Assembly: GCA_963713825.1 (NCBI GenBank)
Contig: CAVQNG010000014.1
Location: 160,001-224,000 of the forward strand
DNA length: 64,000 nucleotides
Source of the DNA: an uncultured Acidobacteriota bacterium
Lineage (GTDB): Bacteria > Acidobacteriota > Thermoanaerobaculia > Multivoradales > JAHEKO01
Direction of reading: 5' to 3'
The position numbers and the translations under genes were made by a program. The notes beneath the pieces are model-generated. The model was not told the DNA's origin. It did not search any database and saw nothing but the letters and a program-made list of their open reading frames with translations. Shown here piece by piece: positions 60,296-64,000 of the stretch. Numbering within the stretch: the first letter of the stretch is position 1; each line of letters opens with the position of its first letter.

Positions 60296-60447
60296 CGATC
60301 TCCTCCCAGTTCGATTCCGTTCGAGGAACGGAGTATGGCCCTCTTCATAGGAAGCTACGTAAAGAACAGCCAGAGAGTTTCGCCCATTTTCTCAGGTCTT
60401 GGTCTCCGCTGGCTGCTTGGATTGGGTTGCGGTACCCTGAGGGTGGT

Positions 60448-62403
60448 ATGACAGCGCTGCGGAAAACTGAAAATTGGCGATGGTGGATTCTAGCGTGCCT
60501 GATCCTGGTGGCGTGTGGAAGGGTCCGTGAGGAGTCGGAGCCCTCCATGTCCCCGCGTCCGCAACTCGAAATCGTCGAGGCTCTGCGGCAGGATCTCGTG
60601 GCCGTGCGGCATCCGTCCGATGGCGGCGGCAGTGCCTGGATTGTCGACGAGGGTGCGTCGAGCCATGGAGTCATGGCTGGCAGCCGCGGGCAATGGACTA
60701 TTTCTTACGAGGCCGGTCCGCTGGGTATTGCCGAGGGCGGTTGGCTCTTTCTTCAGGCGCCGCCTTTCTGGGGCTGGAGCACGCCTCAGGTGATGAACCC
60801 CGACGGGGTGGGCTTCAGTCGGGTGTCCACCGATGCAGAGGGTGTCCTGCTCGAGGCGCAGACTGTGGATCAAGGTCTCCTGGGAATCGAAATTCAGGGT
60901 CGGGCTCTCGAGGAAGGGGAGCAGGTGCAGGTGATCTACGGCGCTGGCGATTCTGGCGCGGTAGCGGACCGATTCGCTGAAAGTGAGTCGTCCTTCTTTG
61001 TCGCGGTCGATGGCGATGGAGATGGTGTGCGAAAGCTGGCGCCAGGACCGTTGAGTGTCAGGGTTCTAGCCGGACCGCCGGCACAAATGGTCGCGATCCT
61101 GCCTTCGACGGCTCGGCCAGGGGAGCAGTTCACCATTCGAATCGCAATTCTCGACTCGACTGGAAGTGCCGGTGTAGATATCGACGGCCAGATCGAGTTG
61201 CGCGGAGAGGGCTTTCGTGACCTACCAGCAGTGGTTGAGATGACATCCGCCGAGCGAGGTGTCCTTCAGCTGCAGGCCTGCGTCGACAACGAAGGTGTCT
61301 TCAGGATTGAAGCGACGGGTCCGAATGACATGAAGGCGAAGAGCAATCCTCTCGTTGTGTCGACGACCGGCGAGAGAATCGTCTGGGGCGATTTGCATGG
61401 TCACTCGGCGCTGTCGGATGGTACCGGGACCTTCGAAGACTACTTTGGCTACGCACGAGATGTTGCAGGTCTGGATGTGGTCGCCCTCACGGACCACGAC
61501 CACTGGGGCATGGAACCCCTGGCTCTGAATCCGGAGTTCTGGTCCGAGACCCGTCGACAGGTCGAGGGTTTCTATCGCCCTGGGGAGTTCGTCACCCTGC
61601 TCGGCTACGAATGGACGAGCTGGATCCATGGACATCGACATGTCCTGTACTTCGGCTCCGAGGGCGAGGTTCTGAGCTCGGTGGATCCAGACTTCGAATC
61701 GCCGGAGCAACTGTGGAATGCTCTGCGTGGCAAGCCTGCCTTGACTGTGGCTCATCATTCGGCCGGTGGCCCGATCCCGACCAACTGGCAGTTTCCTCCA
61801 GATCCGGAGCTGGAGCCGATCACCGAGATCGTCTCGGTTCATGGCAGCAGCGAAGCCATGGACTCGCCAGGTCTCATCTACAGTCCACTGCCCGGCAACT
61901 TCGTTCGCGATGTCCTCGATCGGGGGTTCAGGTTCGGGTTCGTGGGTAGCGGTGACAGCCACGATGGGCATCCGGGTCTGGCCCACCTGGCTTCACCGTC
62001 TGGTGGCCTTGCCGCATTTCTCACCGAGGACCTGACGAGGGAGGGTATCCTGCGGGCCCTGAAGTCTCGACGTGTCTACGCGACCAACGGCCCGCGCATC
62101 GTTCTGGAGACCCGTTTCGATGGTCGTGTCATGGGTGAGGAGATTCAATTGGTTGAGCTGGACAGTGGGTCTTCAGCCCCGAACTCAGGGGAGCTGACGG
62201 TCGAGGTGGTTGCATCCAGCCCTCTGGATCGGGTCGATGTGATCCGCAGTGGACAGATTCACTCGAGCGTTCCTTGTGACGGTAAAGAGGAGTGCGGCTT
62301 CTCGTACACACTGGAGAACCTGAACCCGGGAGAGTATGTCTACGTCAGGGCAGTTCAGATCGACGGTGGTGCTGCTTGGTCGAGTCCCAACTACTGGCGC
62401 TGA
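60448..62403 (+). CDS. PHP-domain metallohydrolase lipoprotein (DUF3604/CehA-McbA-like)
   Basis: Lipobox LVAC; WGDLHGHS..SDG, LTDHD, GYEW, GHRHV, GDSHDGHPG, RRVYATNG and YVYVR...AWSSP. Confidence 0.82.
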   Translation: MTALRKTENWRWWILACLILVACGRVREESEPSMSPRPQLEIVEALRQDLVAVRHPSDGGGSAWIVDEGASSHGVMAGSRGQWTISYEAGPLGIAEGGWLFLQAPPFWGWSTPQVMNPDGVGFSRVSTDAEGVLLEAQTVDQGLLGIEIQGRALEEGEQVQVIYGAGDSGAVADRFAESESSFFVAVDGDGDGVRKLAPGPLSVRVLAGPPAQMVAILPSTARPGEQFTIRIAILDSTGSAGVDIDGQIELRGEGFRDLPAVVEMTSAERGVLQLQACVDNEGVFRIEATGPNDMKAKSNPLVVSTTGERIVWGDLHGHSALSDGTGTFEDYFGYARDVAGLDVVALTDHDHWGMEPLALNPEFWSETRRQVEGFYRPGEFVTLLGYEWTSWIHGHRHVLYFGSEGEVLSSVDPDFESPEQLWNALRGKPALTVAHHSAGGPIPTNWQFPPDPELEPITEIVSVHGSSEAMDSPGLIYSPLPGNFVRDVLDRGFRFGFVGSGDSHDGHPGLAHLASPSGGLAAFLTEDLTREGILRALKSRRVYATNGPRIVLETRFDGRVMGEEIQLVELDSGSSAPNSGELTVEVVASSPLDRVDVIRSGQIHSSVPCDGKEECGFSYTLENLNPGEYVYVRAVQIDGGAAWSSPNYWR

Positions 62404-62429
62404 AGCTAGCTCCCAGAGCAGGGTCGCGC

Positions 62430-62624
62430 TTAGAGTCCGAGCCACTGCATGAGGGCTTCCAGGGCGTAGTAGAGGATGGCGAAGGCCACCAGTACTGCAA
62501 GAGACGAGTAGACCGCGAGACGGCGGGAATGGAAATGCTCGGCAATGAGGAACGTGCTGACGACGCTGATGCCTGCAAAGAGCAGGAAGAGAAGGTTGCC
62601 CAATGTCGGATCGCCTCGGCCCAT
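62430..62624 (-). CDS. Small two-TM membrane protein (64 aa), hypothetical
   Basis: Two hydrophobic helices; GGAG 8 nt upstream of the ATG; fills the gap between two plus-strand genes. Confidence 0.55.
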   Translation of the reverse strand: MGRGDPTLGNLLFLLFAGISVVSTFLIAEHFHSRRLAVYSSLAVLVAFAILYYALEALMQWLGL

Positions 62625-62716
62625 TTTGAACTCAGCTCCCTTTGTCGATTTGGGGTTCTCGCCGCATTCAATCGTTGGGATCTGTGCGGCAATCACATCC
62701 TACTGTGAGGCATGCC

Positions 62717-63730
62717 GTGAATGAAATCGTTGCCGCCCGAGCCGCACTCGAAACGCCAGTCAGCAAGCAGCTGAAGATCGAGGTGCCGCTGATCTGTGGC
62801 GCCATGTACCCATGCAGCAATCCGGAGTTGGTGGCGGCAGTCTCCGAAGCTGGAGGGATGGGGGTCATTCAGCCCTTGTCGCTGGTCTATGTGCATGGAC
62901 ACGAGTTCAAAGAGGGACTGGCGACGATCCGGCGCCAGACTGGCAAGCCGGTCGGTATGAACGTGGTGGTCGAGCGTTCTTCGAAGGTCTACATGGAGCG
63001 CATGCAGAAGTACGTCGATACCGCGCTCGAGGAAGGGATTCGCTTCTTCGTCACCTCGCTTGGCAATCCCAGGTGGGTCGTGGACAGGGTTCACCAGGCT
63101 GGTGGGCTCGTCTACCACGACGTGACGGAACGAAAGTGGGCGGAAAAGGGGTTGGAGGGGGGTGTCGACGGCCTGATCGCAGTCAACAATCGGGCCGGGG
63201 GCCATGCGGGAGGGAAGGGTGCGGATGAGCTGTTGGATGAGCTCGGCGACATGAACGTGCCGGTTGTCTGCGCCGGGGGAGTAGGAGATGAGGCGGATTT
63301 CGAGCGCGCCCTACGATCGGGCTACGCCGCGGTTCAGATGGGAACGCGGTTCATCGCGACGCCCGAATGCAGTGCGAGTGAGGACTACAAGATGGCCATC
63401 GTCAAGGCCAGGGCCAGGGATATCGTTCTGACAGAACGGATCACAGGAGTACCGGTGTCGGTGATTCGCACACCCTACATCGAGAAAGTCGGAACCCATG
63501 CCGGTGCCGTGGCTCGCCGGTTGCTGCAAGGCCGCAAGACCAAGCACTGGATGAGGATGGTGTACTCCCTGCAGGCTTTGTGGAGCTTGAAGCGGTCCTC
63601 GGTCCGGTCGTTCTCCTATCGCGACTACCTGCAGGCAGGCAAGAGCGTCGAAGGGGTCCAGGCGATCGAGCCAGCGGCTCTGGTGATTCAGCGCTGCGCG
63701 GATGCACTGATAAAGCCGTCGGTCGACTAG
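62717..63730 (+). CDS. Nitronate monooxygenase / FabK-like FMN-dependent oxidoreductase
   Basis: PLICGAM, LVAAVSEAGG.G, AGGHAG, AGGVG, VQMGTRFIAT.E and QAGKSV. Start approximate. Confidence 0.9.
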   Translation: MNEIVAARAALETPVSKQLKIEVPLICGAMYPCSNPELVAAVSEAGGMGVIQPLSLVYVHGHEFKEGLATIRRQTGKPVGMNVVVERSSKVYMERMQKYVDTALEEGIRFFVTSLGNPRWVVDRVHQAGGLVYHDVTERKWAEKGLEGGVDGLIAVNNRAGGHAGGKGADELLDELGDMNVPVVCAGGVGDEADFERALRSGYAAVQMGTRFIATPECSASEDYKMAIVKARARDIVLTERITGVPVSVIRTPYIEKVGTHAGAVARRLLQGRKTKHWMRMVYSLQALWSLKRSSVRSFSYRDYLQAGKSVEGVQAIEPAALVIQRCADALIKPSVD

Positions 63731-63744
63731 TCAGGCCCCGCCGT

Positions 63745-64000
63745 TCAGTGGCCGCCCACGGAAGCCGGGCTGTAGGACATCCCGTCGGGCTCCCTACCGG
63801 CCCGAAGCAGATCCTTGACGACCAGATCCCCGGTCTGGATGACGACAACGGCATCAGCCTGAGTTGCAGCTACCCAGGCGATGTCGCCGGCGGGATGGAT
63901 GACCAGGCCGACCGGTACCGGACTCTCACCGAAGGTGTCACCGAAGAGGCGGCTGCTGGCATCCGGGACGGTACTCAGGTCCAACTTGCGTCGCACCAAC
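63745..64000 (-). CDS. YncE/YVTN beta-propeller protein, C-terminal fragment (truncated by window edge)
   Basis: PVGLVIHPAG..AWVA....DAVVVI......V...L.AGREPDGM.YSP repeat pattern. Confidence 0.7.
   Translation of the reverse strand, partial: LVRRKLDLSTVPDASSRLFGDTFGESPVPVGLVIHPAGDIAWVAATQADAVVVIQTGDLVVKDLLRAGREPDGMSYSPASVGGH

Overview
A GC-rich bacterial chromosomal window with about 55 protein-coding genes. I found no rRNA, tRNA, CRISPR array or mobile element. Gene content (duplicated MacB-type permeases, M1 peptidase plus membrane partner, PHP lipoprotein) is compatible with an Acidobacteriota-like heterotroph, but this is inference only. The left ~37 kb is housekeeping and accessory: MscS, Ala/Gly symporter, M1 and M24 peptidases, RNase E/G, RNase D, leuS, thioesterases, MltF, ExeA/ExeB, a six-ASH-domain surface protein, Csp, an ADP-forming acyl-CoA ligase, pdxH, YbaK, USP, WS/DGAT, GGT and a Lon-like protease. 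The main interest is a ~18 kb central-carbon/redox island (37.6-55.7 kb). gltA is divergent from a Cys-tailed MarR regulator, which has a near-consensus sigma70 promoter and palindromic operators. Downstream lie a four-subunit 2-oxoacid:ferredoxin oxidoreductase, a GltD/NfnB-ferredoxin-MvhD fusion, a soluble HdrD-like CCG protein, an HdrA-MvhD fusion, a Zn-ribbon protein, a hemerythrin-like protein and a split class I fumarase. These converge on gdhA and a receiver/PPDK_N fusion of unknown function. The ORF track splits HdrA in two, but the break is an in-frame TGA at a conserved Cys position (DCSI-U-IL), followed by a bacterial SECIS-like hairpin. It is therefore very probably one 826-aa selenoprotein. 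The island looks like a hydrogenase-free, potentially electron-bifurcating NAD(P)H/ferredoxin/Hdr module tied to glutamate/2-oxoglutarate metabolism. All calls come from motif recognition by eye; no database searches were run.
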